From Klebsiella phage vB_KpnM_VPA32: DNA of 64,000 nt. Numbering within the stretch: position 1 is the first letter of the stretch; every line of letters starts with the position of its first letter. This document shows, piece after piece, positions 16,192 through 28,087 of this stretch. The stretch lies in the sequence record OP558005.1, one strand, 5' to 3'. Position numbers and translations under genes: made by a program. The notes beneath the pieces are model-generated. The model made no database searches. It saw only the letters and a program-made list of their open reading frames with translations, and was not told the origin of the DNA.

Positions 16192-16916
16192 TTAATTACC
16201 TTTTCAATTTTAGAATAGAGGTCCTCTAAAGAACCATCGTTTGTTATTACAATATCACCGTCTCTGATTGGTAAACCAGCTTCAGTGATGTGAGTATCTT
16301 GTGAACTTTCACTATCTGGACGAACTACATGAATTACTGTAGCACCCATCGCCCGAGCAGCATCGAGTTCGTGGTCCTGACGAGTATCTGGAACAATGTA
16401 AAAATCCAGGTCGTCATGGAAGCTATCGACATAATCAATAGCGAATAACTTCAACCAATACATGCGGTCAACCATGTTGCAGAAAATATCAGTCCCAAGG
16501 GTCTGCATGAGACGACGTACTGTCCATGGTTTGGTATTTTTATTTATTAGGGCTTCAATCTTGGTATTTCCACTGAATGAAAAATCACCGTTGTCATGAA
16601 TGAAGAACCCGTTTTCTCTTTTTCCAGCTTTTAATTTGCGGTCCAAAAGACGATAAACACACCGTTTCATGTAATCGATGACGTCTTTGTTATTCAGCAA
16701 CAGAATCTGTTCGCGGTCATAACCTTTACCTTCAAAATCAAGGCGGTTCAAAGATACACCAGTTTTTTGGGTCAAATCTGGATTCCAGCAATCAGCTAAT
16801 GTATCTTTAATTGGACCAGCAAGCTGGAACTTTTTAGTTTTGTAGTTATTCGCAAGATAGTCAGCGGTGGTGTCTTTACCTGACCGTTTCTTACCTATGA
16901 TGAAAATAAGTTTCAT
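16188..16916 (-). CDS. 1: deoxynucleoside monophosphate kinase gp1
   Basis: MKLIF..GKKRSGKDTTADY and C-terminal YIVPDTRQDHELDAARAMGATVIHVVRP are near-identical to T4 gp1. Confidence 0.95.
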
Positions 16917-16917
16917 A

Positions 16918-17508
16918 TTACCTCATAGAAGGATGCATTCCAACAGATGAACGAGACTGAGCAGCCTGTTCGATATTTTGTTTACCTACTATGATTTTAC
17001 CATCTTTTTCTATTTGCAAATGCTTGAATGGGAACATTGCAGTGCAAATAACCGCTGGGTCAGTATCTTCAGTATAGCTGAATTCTACTTCGCCTAAATC
17101 AGAACACCAAGCTCCATAATAATGAAAACTCATTACAATTTTCTTCTTGGAGTTATCAAGCATATGCACAGAAACATGAGGTGGAACGAATCCGGGTTTC
17201 CACGCTTGAGAGTTAAAATCTACGTAGTTGTTAATCGAAAGCATCCATTGATACATCTGAAGCCAAGAGTTTAGGTCTTCATCGACTAAAAAGCGTATGA
17301 CCAGTGGGTCATGCTCAAAAGTTGAGCCTGGCAGTTGAGAACGTGCTAGACCACCTTGTCCAGATGGAGTTTCAGTGATAGGGATGCGTATACCTGGTAT
17401 ATTAGCTGATTGCACGTTAAGCGTAAAAGCTTTTGTCAATCCAGCATCAGGAATATCTACTATAAAGTTAGTAATATTCGTTTGGTTAAAAAGTTGATTG
17501 GCGTCCAA
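16918..17508 (-). CDS. 3: gp3 tail tube terminator / sheath stabiliser
   Basis: Synteny 1-3-2-4; size. Confidence 0.8.
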   Translation of the reverse strand: MDANQLFNQTNITNFIVDIPDAGLTKAFTLNVQSANIPGIRIPITETPSGQGGLARSQLPGSTFEHDPLVIRFLVDEDLNSWLQMYQWMLSINNYVDFNSQAWKPGFVPPHVSVHMLDNSKKKIVMSFHYYGAWCSDLGEVEFSYTEDTDPAVICTAMFPFKHLQIEKDGKIIVGKQNIEQAAQSRSSVGMHPSMR

Positions 17509-17589
17509 TTCGCTTTCCTTCTGGAGTAGTTATAATGGTTTTGAGTTCTTCCGGAGCAATCAATATCAATCAATCCGGAAGAAGATGGA

Positions 17590-18432
17590 TTAAGATTTCC
17601 AAACAGCATTCGCAGAATAACGCTTGCCTTTTGACATAAACTGCTGAAGAGGAAGTAGAACAACGTTAGCCCAGTCTGCTGGCTTAATTTCTACTAAACT
17701 TCCTTTGATATGACCAGGAAGATAAGCTTTAATCATCTTATCCGCGCCAGCGAAACCCTTAACTTGACTCCAATTAATCTTCAACTTAGTTTTGTTAGTA
17801 ATAGTCGGAGTGTTAGCATATTGCTTTAGCAACTCTTCGAGAAACTGTTGTCGTGCTTTTGGTGGAATATAGTGCAAGTTCAAACCATACATCAACGTAG
17901 TTGAGCCTTGCTTACCCAATCCCAAATAAATAATCAATGGAAATCTGTCCCAGAATGGAAGTGTGTCTTTATGTTTAGCATCATACATATAAGCATAAAG
18001 TTTTCCTGGAGTAGGTTTTGATACCTGATGACCACGAATATTTTTCTTCATTGTCTCGTTGAACCAACGAGCTGACTTATTGTTAACAGATGCGCCTTCA
18101 TTAGCAATCTTTTGACGAATGCTCTGACGGAAACTGTTAATCATCACGAGCTGTCTTTCTTGACGAGTAAGTTTCTTTGGACTCTTTCCTTCGAGTTTAG
18201 CAACTTGCACAGCTGTCTTAATTCTCGAAGCATATCTGCTCATCGCCTTTGTAAATGTAGCATATTTTATGCCTTTTTCTTCGGCAAAAGATTTGGCGGT
18301 GGCACCTTTCTTTTTCGCTTCAGCATATTCTACACCTATCTCTACCCATTTTCTTTCGTCTTTAGGGACTGTTCGAGCTATCGGTTGAGCACCTTCATTA
18401 AGCAATTCAAATATAGCCATTAGCCTTTCCAC
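17590..18432 (-). CDS. 2: gp2 DNA end-protector protein
   Basis: Synteny; 280 aa, basic. Confidence 0.8.
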   Translation of the reverse strand: MERLMAIFELLNEGAQPIARTVPKDERKWVEIGVEYAEAKKKGATAKSFAEEKGIKYATFTKAMSRYASRIKTAVQVAKLEGKSPKKLTRQERQLVMINSFRQSIRQKIANEGASVNNKSARWFNETMKKNIRGHQVSKPTPGKLYAYMYDAKHKDTLPFWDRFPLIIYLGLGKQGSTTLMYGLNLHYIPPKARQQFLEELLKQYANTPTITNKTKLKINWSQVKGFAGADKMIKAYLPGHIKGSLVEIKPADWANVVLLPLQQFMSKGKRYSANAVWKS

Positions 18433-18869
18433 CCTAATCTCTTCAGACCATCTTCTGTAAGCAATCTGAATTTTATGTTATTCTTTTCAGCAACTTTTTG
18501 AGCAGCTGACCATTTATCCTGGTTCACACTCCATGTGTATATCTCATCGATATATCTTTTCTTTGCTGCTGTAGTAAGTTTAGCAGGCTTTGGAGGTGGT
18601 TGAGTCTCTTTCTTTGGCTTAACTTCAACAAAGAATTCTTGTCCGTTTACATCTCTGAACCAGAAATCCATGAAGTATCTGCGTTTTTTACCTTCTGCGT
18701 TGCAGAAATAAGGAATAACAACTTCTTCACTGTTCCATTTAACTATTTCTGGATTTGCATCAAGCCATTTCATGAACCATGACTCCCAGGACGAGCGATA
18801 TGTAATTTTACGAATATCACCCCTGTACTTTTCATGGTTCTTAGGCATAAATTTGCCAGAGTACGCCAT
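18420..18869 (-). CDS. 4: gp4 head completion protein
   Basis: Synteny; 149 aa. Confidence 0.8.
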   Translation of the reverse strand: MAYSGKFMPKNHEKYRGDIRKITYRSSWESWFMKWLDANPEIVKWNSEEVVIPYFCNAEGKKRRYFMDFWFRDVNGQEFFVEVKPKKETQPPPKPAKLTTAAKKRYIDEIYTWSVNQDKWSAAQKVAEKNNIKFRLLTEDGLKRLGWKG

Positions 18870-18897
18870 TTCATTTTCCTCTAATAAATAATATTAC

Positions 18898-18905
18898 TAT
18901 TTATA
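18898..18905 (-). promoter_or_regulatory. T4 late promoter TATAAATA (minus strand) for gene 4
   Basis: Exact consensus, 29 nt upstream of the gene 4 ATG. Confidence 0.6.
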
Positions 18906-18918
18906 AAGTGGAGGCTTT

Positions 18919-19494
18919 ATGTTATTCAGCTTTTTTGACCCTATTACATACACCGCTAAAACGGTTGATGAAAACGCTAAGCCTATTTCCATGACAGACA
19001 TTTTCAGAAACTATAAAGCATACTTCAAAAGAGTTGCTGCTAACTATCGTCTGCGCACATACTATATCCAAGGTTCTCCACGACCTGAAGAGTTGTCTAA
19101 CATCATTTATGGTAACCCTCAATTGTATTGGGTACTTCTGATGTGTAATGATAACTATGACCCTTACTATGGTTGGATTACGAGTCAAGAAGCAGCTTAT
19201 AGAGCTTCTGAACAGAGATATGAAAATGCTGGTGGAAATCAGGTGTTGTACCACGTGGACGCCAAAGGAGAAAGATACTACAACTTAGTAGAATCTGAAA
19301 CTAATCCTGGTACATGGTATGACAAAGGAGATACTCTTCAAGAACATCCTCAATATCAAGGTGCTTTAGCAGCTGTTGATGTTTATGAAGCAGCTATTCT
19401 TGAAAATGAAAAGAAACGTCAAATCAAAATTATTTCTCCTGCTGATATTGACACTTTTATTGCAGACTTAATCCGTGAGATGGAGATTGCATAA
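18919..19494 (+). CDS. 53: gp53 baseplate wedge protein
   Basis: Synteny and size (191 aa versus 196 aa in T4). Confidence 0.85.
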   Translation: MLFSFFDPITYTAKTVDENAKPISMTDIFRNYKAYFKRVAANYRLRTYYIQGSPRPEELSNIIYGNPQLYWVLLMCNDNYDPYYGWITSQEAAYRASEQRYENAGGNQVLYHVDAKGERYYNLVESETNPGTWYDKGDTLQEHPQYQGALAAVDVYEAAILENEKKRQIKIISPADIDTFIADLIREMEIA

Positions 19495-21230
19495 TGGAAA
19501 TGATTAGTAACTCTCTTCAATGGTTCACAGGGGTTGTTGAAGATAGAATGGACCCGCTTAAGCGTGGTCGTGTACGTGTACGTGTGCATGGACTACATCC
19601 GTTCCAGAAGACTCAAGGTCCTGTAATGGGTGTTCCTACTGAAGACCTTCCGTGGATGAGTCCAATATTTCCGGTGACATCTGCTGCGATTTCTGGCGTA
19701 GGTGGTTCAGTTACTGGTCCTGTTGAAGGGACTCATGTGTATGGTCATTTTTTAGACAAATACAGACAAAACGGAATTATTCTTGGAACGTATGCAGCAA
19801 ACGCAACTGCTCGTCCAAATAGAACTGAAGGATTCTCTGACCCAACTGGACAGTATCCTCGTTATCTTGGTAATGACACTAACGCATTGAACCAAGGCGG
19901 AACCGAAGGCGATGATTATACAGCAAACATAGTTCAAGATAATAACCTTGACACCGGTATTAATCCAGATGATACCGATCTTGCTAATATCCCAGAAGAT
20001 AATAATCCGAACTATACGATTGAAGACATGATTCGTCGTGATGAAGGTCTTCGTTTAAAAGTTTACCGTGATTTAAACGGTCGCGGGTGGACCGTAGGGT
20101 TCGGTCACTATATTACTGATAATCCAAATTTAACTAACGACCAAATAAATTCAGAATTATCTAAACAAGTTGGGAGAGAAGTAACTGGAAATCCAGGCTC
20201 CATTTCAATGGATGAAGCTTCAAAATTATTTAAAGAAGATTTAGAAAAAGTTCAAAGAGACATGAGAAATAATGCAGCTGTTTCTCCGGTCTATATGAAA
20301 GTGAACAGATCTCGTCAAATGGCTCTTGAAAATATGAGTTTCCAGATGGGCATAGGCGGATTAGCCAAATTCACAAAAATGCTAGACGCCATGTTAATAG
20401 GCGATTGGAAAACTGCCTACAATGAAGCAAGAAATTCTCGTTGGTTTCAACAGACCAAAGGACGAGCATCTCGTGTTTCAATGATTATATTGACTGGTAA
20501 CTTAGAGTCATATGGTATACCTGTTTCTATACCGAGTGCAAAAAGTCTTTCAGCTGCAGCAGTTGCAATGGCTGTTGGTTCTGACGACCCATGGGGACCA
20601 CCGATTCCTCAAACTGGACGAATCTTATTCAAAGAGCCAAAGTCTTCGTATAATGGCCAATATCCATATGTACACACGATGGAAACTGAGTCTGGACATA
20701 TTCAAGAATTTGACGATACTCCAGGATACGAACGTTATCGCATTCTTCATCCAACTGGAACATATGAAGAAGTTGCTCCTGACGGACGAAGAACAAGAAA
20801 AACTGTCGGTGACTTATTTGACATCACAAATGCTGATGGCAATATTTTAATTTCAGGCGATAAGAAAGTCAACGTCGGTGGTGATGAAACTTATTACAAT
20901 ATGGCTAATAAGATTAATCAAATCGATGGAAACAATACTCTCTTTATTCGTGGTGATGAAACTAAAACTATTGAAGGTGACGGAACTCTTTATGTGAAGG
21001 GTAATATCAAAATTGTGGTTGATGGAAATGCTGATATTCTTGTGAAGGGCGATGCCAAAACACAGGTTGAAGGTAATCATGACTACACTGTCAATGGTAA
21101 CGTCACATGGTCAGTCAGGGGTAATGTGTCAATGAACGTCACCGGAAACTGGACTGAAACTATGCAGACGATGAGTTCTAAAGCATCTGGTCAGTACACT
21201 GTCGACGGTTCACGTATCGATATCGGTTGA
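19494..21230 (+). CDS. 5: gp5 baseplate hub + tail lysozyme (cell-puncturing device)
   Basis: 578 aa; embedded lysozyme domain LRLKVYRDLNGRGWTVGFGHY..; C-terminal beta-helix repeats VxGxxx. Confidence 0.9.
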   Translation: MEMISNSLQWFTGVVEDRMDPLKRGRVRVRVHGLHPFQKTQGPVMGVPTEDLPWMSPIFPVTSAAISGVGGSVTGPVEGTHVYGHFLDKYRQNGIILGTYAANATARPNRTEGFSDPTGQYPRYLGNDTNALNQGGTEGDDYTANIVQDNNLDTGINPDDTDLANIPEDNNPNYTIEDMIRRDEGLRLKVYRDLNGRGWTVGFGHYITDNPNLTNDQINSELSKQVGREVTGNPGSISMDEASKLFKEDLEKVQRDMRNNAAVSPVYMKVNRSRQMALENMSFQMGIGGLAKFTKMLDAMLIGDWKTAYNEARNSRWFQQTKGRASRVSMIILTGNLESYGIPVSIPSAKSLSAAAVAMAVGSDDPWGPPIPQTGRILFKEPKSSYNGQYPYVHTMETESGHIQEFDDTPGYERYRILHPTGTYEEVAPDGRRTRKTVGDLFDITNADGNILISGDKKVNVGGDETYYNMANKINQIDGNNTLFIRGDETKTIEGDGTLYVKGNIKIVVDGNADILVKGDAKTQVEGNHDYTVNGNVTWSVRGNVSMNVTGNWTETMQTMSSKASGQYTVDGSRIDIG

Positions 21231-21237
21231 GGTAATA

Positions 21238-21741
21238 ATGGTTGACATACTTCCAGTAAACACTGAGCTGCCTGATATTCAAGAAGGCGGTTCAGTTAAT
21301 CAAACATTCATAGCTCAATTAGAAGCAACAGACACATTAGAGTCTATAAATATAATTGATTTTCAACCTACTCCTGGGATTACGGTCTCAGGAGCCAATT
21401 ACAAAGGCGTATATGAAAGTGTCTTTTCCTTTGGAGGAGATGCTCTTAAATATCGAGAAGGTGATGAATTTAAAGTAGCACAATCGTGGGAATCTTTACC
21501 ACCTTCTGGTGCAGCCGATTTATACCTCTGGAAAGCCCCCTCTAAACTTGAGAGGACCTTTACGTACACAGTTAAGGTTATATATTGGAGACAAGGCGAA
21601 GACACTACAGGACCATCTGGTGAACCTGTCACACCTCCTCCAGTTAAAATGGAAATGACCAAAACTTATTCTCAGTTAGTGTATGGTAATTGGAGCAAAT
21701 GGGCTGAACAACTTCGCTCATACGTATATGCGAGACCATAA
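21238..21741 (+). CDS. 5.1: gp5.1
   Basis: Synteny; 167 aa. Confidence 0.7.
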   Translation: MVDILPVNTELPDIQEGGSVNQTFIAQLEATDTLESINIIDFQPTPGITVSGANYKGVYESVFSFGGDALKYREGDEFKVAQSWESLPPSGAADLYLWKAPSKLERTFTYTVKVIYWRQGEDTTGPSGEPVTPPPVKMEMTKTYSQLVYGNWSKWAEQLRSYVYARP

Positions 21742-22038
21742 ATGGCCGGATTAAGTTATGACAAAGCTTTAACTGCAGGCCACTCAGCTTATCCTCCTAC
21801 GCAAGTAAATGCGACTCAAGGAAAAGTATTTGTTGGTGGAATTGCAGTTCTAGTAGATGGAGACCAAATAACTCCTCATACTAAAACAGTTAAACCCTAC
21901 GACACTCACGGGGGTTCTGTTCAACCTCGTACAAGTAAAGTGTTCGTTACAGGAAAGAAAGCCGTTCAAATGGCTGACCCTATTTCTTGCGGTGACACTG
22001 TAGCCGAATCGAGTAACAAAGTATTCATTCACGGATAA
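21742..22038 (+). CDS. 5.4: gp5.4 PAAR-repeat spike tip protein
   Basis: 98-aa PAAR-like protein between 5.1 and 6. Confidence 0.8.
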   Translation: MAGLSYDKALTAGHSAYPPTQVNATQGKVFVGGIAVLVDGDQITPHTKTVKPYDTHGGSVQPRTSKVFVTGKKAVQMADPISCGDTVAESSNKVFIHG

Positions 22039-22042
22039 AACA

Positions 22043-23989
22043 ATGGCAACTACTGAACCCTTTAACTATCAATTAAAAAGAACCGCGAATGCGATTCCTG
22101 AAGTTTTCATCGGCGGCACGTTCCAAGAAATTAAAAAGAACTTCGTTGACTGGCTGCGTGGCCAAAATGAGTTTTTAGATTATGATTTCGAAGGTTCACG
22201 CATGAACGTACTGCTGGACCTCTTAGCATACAACACTCTTTACATTCAGCAATTCGGTAATAGTGCAGTGTATGAATCATTCATGCGTACTGCCAACCTC
22301 AGAAGCTCAGTTGTTCAAGCAGCTCAAGATAATGGATATCTTCCATCTTCTCGTTCAGCAGCTAAAACACAAATCATGCTGGAATGTACTCATGCATTGA
22401 ATGAAAACAGTTTAAGAATTCCTCGCGGAACAAGATTCCTTGCATACGCTCGAGACACAAGCGCTGACCCGTATCCATTCGTAACTACTGAAGACGTAAT
22501 TGCGTTAAAAGACCAAAACAACTTATATTTCCCTCGTGTTAAATTAGCACAAGGTCGTATTGTTCGCACTGAATTAAAATACAATAAGTTGAAACCAATT
22601 ATCATCAGGGACGAAAATATCGACCGTTCAGAGGTTCGTTTGTTCGTTGACGGTGCAGAATGGACTAACTGGACTTACAAGTCAATGGTACATGCTGGTT
22701 CTACATCAACAATTTATTACATGCGCGAAACTGTAGATGGTCACACTGAATTCTTCTTTGGAGAAGGTGAGCAATCTGTTTCCGTCGCTGGCGCAGCTTT
22801 AGAAGCTAACTACATCGGCGGGTTAAAACCTATTCAAGACCAAACTATCGTTATTGAATATATTCGTACTGATGGTGAACGAGCAAACGGTGCTACTGAA
22901 TTTTCTTATGCTGATACACTCCCGTATATAAGTGTACAGAAAATCTACGAAAACCCAGATGATTCTCCAGATTACGTTGGTGCTGATGGTGGTGGTGACC
23001 CTGAAGATATTGAACGTATTCGCGAACTTGGAACTATCAAAAGAGAAGCTCAAGCTCGTTGCGTAACCGCAACTGACTATGATACTTTCGTTTCAGAGCG
23101 TTTCGGTTCAATAGTTCAAGCTGTACAGACATTTACTGACCAATATAAGCCTGGCTATGCATTTATTGCAATTAAACCAAAATCTGGACTGTACTTAACT
23201 TCTGTTCAAAGAGAAGACATTCAGAACTATCTGAAGCCATTTAACTTGGCTACGATTACTCCATCTGTTATTTCTCCGAACTATTTGTTCTTGAAGCATA
23301 AAATTAAAGTTACTTATGCTTTAAACAAACTTCAAGAATCAGAGCAGTGGTTACATGGACAAATCATCGATAAAATTGATGAGTATTACACCAATGAAGT
23401 TGAAATTTTCAATGCTCAATTTGCTAAGTCAAGAATGTTGACTTATGTTGACAGAGCAGACCATTCAATTATCGGTTCATCTGCCGAAATTGAAATGATT
23501 CGTGAAGTTCAAAACTTCTTTGAAACTCCATCTTCAGGTATTAAATACTATAACCAGATTACTCCACGCAGTTTAAAATCAAGCGAATTCAAATTCATTA
23601 AAGGCTCTTCATCTTACATGGTACGTTTAGCTGGTACTGTCGGTGATGGCAAAAAAGGTAAAATTGTTCTTGGGCCATTTAAAGCCGGAGATTTAGCAGC
23701 TACTCCAGCCGCTCCAATTTATACCGGTAGTGATTTTGAAAAGCTTCCAGTAACTGATGGAAGAAATACATATTTCGTTGTTGGTGAAGTAGATTATCCA
23801 TCTGATTATATCTATTGGAATATCGCAGCTCTTAATATTAACTCAAGTTTATTTGACGTTCAATCAATTGAGCTTTATTCTTCACCAAAAGAAAACAACA
23901 TTTTCACTAAAGATGGTTCATTGATTGTATTTGAGAATGATCTTCGTCCTCAATACACGACCATCACATTGGAGCCTATTGCACAATGA
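22043..23989 (+). CDS. 6: gp6 baseplate wedge
   Basis: 648 aa; synteny. Confidence 0.9.
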   Translation: MATTEPFNYQLKRTANAIPEVFIGGTFQEIKKNFVDWLRGQNEFLDYDFEGSRMNVLLDLLAYNTLYIQQFGNSAVYESFMRTANLRSSVVQAAQDNGYLPSSRSAAKTQIMLECTHALNENSLRIPRGTRFLAYARDTSADPYPFVTTEDVIALKDQNNLYFPRVKLAQGRIVRTELKYNKLKPIIIRDENIDRSEVRLFVDGAEWTNWTYKSMVHAGSTSTIYYMRETVDGHTEFFFGEGEQSVSVAGAALEANYIGGLKPIQDQTIVIEYIRTDGERANGATEFSYADTLPYISVQKIYENPDDSPDYVGADGGGDPEDIERIRELGTIKREAQARCVTATDYDTFVSERFGSIVQAVQTFTDQYKPGYAFIAIKPKSGLYLTSVQREDIQNYLKPFNLATITPSVISPNYLFLKHKIKVTYALNKLQESEQWLHGQIIDKIDEYYTNEVEIFNAQFAKSRMLTYVDRADHSIIGSSAEIEMIREVQNFFETPSSGIKYYNQITPRSLKSSEFKFIKGSSSYMVRLAGTVGDGKKGKIVLGPFKAGDLAATPAAPIYTGSDFEKLPVTDGRNTYFVVGEVDYPSDYIYWNIAALNINSSLFDVQSIELYSSPKENNIFTKDGSLIVFENDLRPQYTTITLEPIAQ

Positions 23990-26900
23990 CTGTAAAAGCA
24001 CCTTCTGTTACAAGTCTCAGAATAACAAAACTATCTGCAAACCAAGTTCAAATTAAGTGGGATGACGTTGGTGCTAACTTCTTCTATTTTGTTGAACTTG
24101 CAGAGACTCGTAACCAAAACGGGGAGATTATACTCCCCGAAAATTATCAATGGAGAAATTTAGGCTATACTGCTGAAAATGAATTTTTCGAAGACAACTA
24201 CATTCGCCCATTGAGTTATTATGTTATGCGAGTGGCTGTGGCCGCTGAAGGATTCGAGCAATCAAATTGGAAAATGACTGAAGAATTTCAGTCATTCGAA
24301 ACGAACGTCTATACGTTTGAAATGATGCGTCAGATGACTTTATCTAAGCAGTTCATTGAAGAAAAATTCACTAAAGATAACGAAGATTTTGTGAATTTTA
24401 ACCGTGATACTATCATGGCATCTTTGATGGATGAAACATTCCAATTTTCTCCTGAATATCGCACGGCTTCTTCTGTTAACAATTTTATTCTTAAAGAAGA
24501 TGAATACCATGAAATTCAAGGCGACATAGCTAAAATCTGTAAAGATAAAGAGCGTGTAATGCTTATGGAATCTGAGGGAGTTCTTTATCTCTTTGAAAGA
24601 TTTCAGAATATCGTTAAAGTATCAAACGATAAAGGACAGACTTGGAAGGCCGTACGATTACTCAATGATCGCGTAGGGAACCCAGTATCAAAAAATGTAT
24701 ATTACCAAACACGGAACACTACGTATCTCCTGGGATACGACAGGGTCTTCTACGGCCGTAAGAGTAATGACATTCGTTGGTCAGCTGATGACGTAAAATT
24801 TAGTTCACAGGATGTTACGTTTGCTAAAATTGGTGACCAGCTTAAACTAGGATTTGATGTAGAAATTTTTGGTACTTATGCTCGGCTTCCATTAGCAGTT
24901 CAGAAATATGCTGAAGCTATCACAGCAACAGATAGTATGATTTATGTTGCTGGTCGTGATGTTGTTTACAGAGCTAAGACTAGAAATGCTCCTATCGACC
25001 AAGACCCATTATCACCTACGTTTGGTGAAAAACTGTTCGATAATTGGACTTCAAGAATCACTGGTAATTCAAAAGCAGTTTGTCATAACTTAGTTTCCGT
25101 AGACGGCGTAACTTTAGCATTAATCACTGGTGAAGTTAGAAACGAATTAGACGATCGTACTATTCCAGATAATGTTATCGATTCAGAATCTAAAGGTGTT
25201 TATCTTTTAGAAGGGGATAACTGGGTAAGAGTCTTTGGAAACACCGCAGAAGAACGTAGACGTATAGAGCATGGTTATACTTCAATGTCTACTAATGGAA
25301 CAGATATTTTCTTCAGTTCAAGTAACTTTAAGTTTCTGGACTCTAATGTGGTACCAGACCCAGAAACAACTGCAAAATATGGTCTTTTAGGCGCTGTTAA
25401 GTATGAATTCACAAGAGAATGGTTGTCTGACAAACATTATCATATGATGAGTTTCAGAACCAATTCTAAGAGCGGATTTAAAACTTTTGTTCCAGGCGCG
25501 ATGAATTACTACGCTGAACCATTCTTTAACTGGTCTCGTAAATCAAAAACTCGTTGCTGGATTGACACATCATACAGAATTGCGGTTGTTTATTCTGATA
25601 TCACTCACTCTAAAGTCATTGATATTAATGGCTCGGGTTCTCCTGACCGAGTGTTGCACGAATACTGGGATAAAGGCACTTGTACAGTAACAAGTCCTAA
25701 CATTCAGTTTGACAATTTCACAAAATATGCTTCTGGTATTTTATTCCACAAAATGTCAGGTGAAATCATTTCATACTTCGAATTTGATTATCGAGTTCGT
25801 GATGAAGTGTCTATCATATGGAAACCATCTGAAATTTTCTTAAAAGCATATCTTCAGAACCAAGAAAGAGTTGTTCCTTGGACTCCAGACAATCGTGACG
25901 GACTTAAAGACCCTGATTTGCGTCCATTGCTGAATACAATGATGCCAGATAGCTATTTGCTTGAAGAAAGTAATTTCGAAGCTTTCTGTGAAGCTTATAT
26001 TCAGTATCTGTCAGATGGATATGGAACACAGTACAACAATCTATTAAATCTCATTCGTAACAAATATCCTCGTGAAAAAGATGCTTGGGAATATTTGTGG
26101 TCTGAAGTTTATAAGCGCAATATCTATTTGAACCCAGATAAACGAGATGCTGTCTCAAGATTCTTTGAAGCTCGTAAGTCTGATTTTTATTCAACTAAAG
26201 GTATTGAAGCTTCTTATCAATTCTTGTTCAAATTGTTATACAATGAAAACGTTGAAATTGAAATTGAATCAAATCCTGGAACAGAATACGATATTATCAT
26301 TGAATCTGATTCAGTGAATGACGATTTAGTTGGTCATACAATTTATACAGCGACCGGGCGTACAAACGTTACTTATGTTGAACGCCACTATAATGAAGGT
26401 CGTTTGCAATGGCGAATCACAATTCACAACCTTTTAGGTCGTTTAATTGTGGGCCAAGAGATTAAAGCGGAGCGCATGCCCGGATTTAGTGGAACAATTG
26501 TCCAAGGCGTTCGTGGTAAAGAATTGGTTGAAAACACCATCGAGTATATCAACCGTAACCGTTCTTACTATGTGATGAAAATTAAATCAAATCTTCCTAC
26601 GTCAAGATACAGAAATGATGTTTTAAGATTTGTTCATCCAGTTGGTTTTGGATTTATTGGTATCACGTTATTGACTATGTTCATTAACGTTGGTTTGACC
26701 CTTAAACACGTTCAAACTATAATCAATAAATACAAAAACTACAAATGGGATGCAGGACTTCCACTTATTTGGCCTGACCGAGTAGCTCAATTAGATTCAA
26801 ATGGAAATATCGAGCATAACGATGTTACTGGAGAGGCTCTTTATTTACCTCATCCAAGAGCAAACGAAGACTTTGATATTCCTGACGACTATGATGCTGA

Positions 26901-27084
26901 AAACAATAACTCAGTAATAGCTGGTCAGCTTCCATCGGAAAGACGAAAACCAATGAGCCCTACATTCGACCAAAGTGCAGTAACATTCTCCAATTGGAGA
27001 GATTTGGTTAATTCAAGACTTATTGATAAAGTTAATATCCCTCGTGACCCGGCTAATCCAACACAGGTTAAGATTAATGAATGA
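23986..27084 (+). CDS. 7: gp7 baseplate wedge
   Basis: 1032 aa; synteny. Confidence 0.9.
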   Translation: MTVKAPSVTSLRITKLSANQVQIKWDDVGANFFYFVELAETRNQNGEIILPENYQWRNLGYTAENEFFEDNYIRPLSYYVMRVAVAAEGFEQSNWKMTEEFQSFETNVYTFEMMRQMTLSKQFIEEKFTKDNEDFVNFNRDTIMASLMDETFQFSPEYRTASSVNNFILKEDEYHEIQGDIAKICKDKERVMLMESEGVLYLFERFQNIVKVSNDKGQTWKAVRLLNDRVGNPVSKNVYYQTRNTTYLLGYDRVFYGRKSNDIRWSADDVKFSSQDVTFAKIGDQLKLGFDVEIFGTYARLPLAVQKYAEAITATDSMIYVAGRDVVYRAKTRNAPIDQDPLSPTFGEKLFDNWTSRITGNSKAVCHNLVSVDGVTLALITGEVRNELDDRTIPDNVIDSESKGVYLLEGDNWVRVFGNTAEERRRIEHGYTSMSTNGTDIFFSSSNFKFLDSNVVPDPETTAKYGLLGAVKYEFTREWLSDKHYHMMSFRTNSKSGFKTFVPGAMNYYAEPFFNWSRKSKTRCWIDTSYRIAVVYSDITHSKVIDINGSGSPDRVLHEYWDKGTCTVTSPNIQFDNFTKYASGILFHKMSGEIISYFEFDYRVRDEVSIIWKPSEIFLKAYLQNQERVVPWTPDNRDGLKDPDLRPLLNTMMPDSYLLEESNFEAFCEAYIQYLSDGYGTQYNNLLNLIRNKYPREKDAWEYLWSEVYKRNIYLNPDKRDAVSRFFEARKSDFYSTKGIEASYQFLFKLLYNENVEIEIESNPGTEYDIIIESDSVNDDLVGHTIYTATGRTNVTYVERHYNEGRLQWRITIHNLLGRLIVGQEIKAERMPGFSGTIVQGVRGKELVENTIEYINRNRSYYVMKIKSNLPTSRYRNDVLRFVHPVGFGFIGITLLTMFINVGLTLKHVQTIINKYKNYKWDAGLPLIWPDRVAQLDSNGNIEHNDVTGEALYLPHPRANEDFDIPDDYDAENNNSVIAGQLPSERRKPMSPTFDQSAVTFSNWRDLVNSRLIDKVNIPRDPANPTQVKINE

Positions 27085-28087
27085 TTCAAGCGTAATCTAT
27101 CGTTCCATAGTGACTTCAAAATTCCGTACTGAAAAGATGCTGAATTTTTATGAGTCAATTGGTGATGGCGATAATCAAAACACAATTTACATCACATTCG
27201 GACGAAGTGAACCTTGGTCAGATAACGAATCGGAGGTGGGGTTCGCCCCACCATATCCAGTAGATAATACACAAGGTGTTGAAGATATGTGGACTCATAT
27301 GATGGGTTCAGTAAAAGTAATGCCTTCTATGCTGGACGCAATTATTCCCCGTAAAGATTGGGGAGATATTCGTTATCCAAACCCAAGAAACTTTGCAATT
27401 GGTGAAATTGTTGTTGTAAACAGTGCTCCATATAACGCCACAGAAGTAGGTAGTGGCTGGTTGGTATATCGTTGTATTGATATTCCTGATGCAGGCACAT
27501 GCTCAATTAATACTATCAAAAATAAAGAAGAGTGTATTAAGCTCGGTGGTAAATGGACTTCTTCTGTTCAATCAGCATTTCCTCCAAGAGGACGTGGCGA
27601 TGCAATAAACGATAATAAGATTGATATGAAAGACGGATATCTTTGGGAATATCTTTATGAGATTCCACCTGATGTTTCTATCAACCGTTGCACAAACGAA
27701 TATATTGTCGTTCCTTGGCCTGATGAAGTTAAAGAAGACCCAGAACGTTGGGGTTACAACAATAACTTGGAATGGGAACATGACGCATATGGAATTATCT
27801 ATCGCGTAAAAGCATATACTATTCGATTTAAAGCATATTTCGATTCAGTATATTTCCCAGAAGCAGCTTTACCTGGTAACAAAGGCTTCCGTCAAATTTC
27901 AGTTATTACTAATCCATTAGAAGCTAAAAAGATACCTTCTGAGCCAAATAAAAAGGCTAAGAATTTATGGTACAACCCTATTGATTTAAGCCGTCATTCC
28001 GGTGAAATGATTTACATGGAAAATAGGCCTCCTATCATTATGGCTATGGACCAAACCGAAGAAATTAACATCATCTTCGAATTCTAA
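27077..28087 (+). CDS. 8: gp8 baseplate wedge
   Basis: MNDSSVIYRSIVTSKFRTEKMLNFY matches the T4 gp8 N-terminus; ATGA-type overlap with the gp7 stop. Confidence 0.9.
   Translation: MNDSSVIYRSIVTSKFRTEKMLNFYESIGDGDNQNTIYITFGRSEPWSDNESEVGFAPPYPVDNTQGVEDMWTHMMGSVKVMPSMLDAIIPRKDWGDIRYPNPRNFAIGEIVVVNSAPYNATEVGSGWLVYRCIDIPDAGTCSINTIKNKEECIKLGGKWTSSVQSAFPPRGRGDAINDNKIDMKDGYLWEYLYEIPPDVSINRCTNEYIVVPWPDEVKEDPERWGYNNNLEWEHDAYGIIYRVKAYTIRFKAYFDSVYFPEAALPGNKGFRQISVITNPLEAKKIPSEPNKKAKNLWYNPIDLSRHSGEMIYMENRPPIIMAMDQTEEINIIFEF

Noticed and set aside
18919-19494. ORF 18922..19254 (minus strand) overlapping gp53
   Set aside because: Antisense to a conserved baseplate gene.
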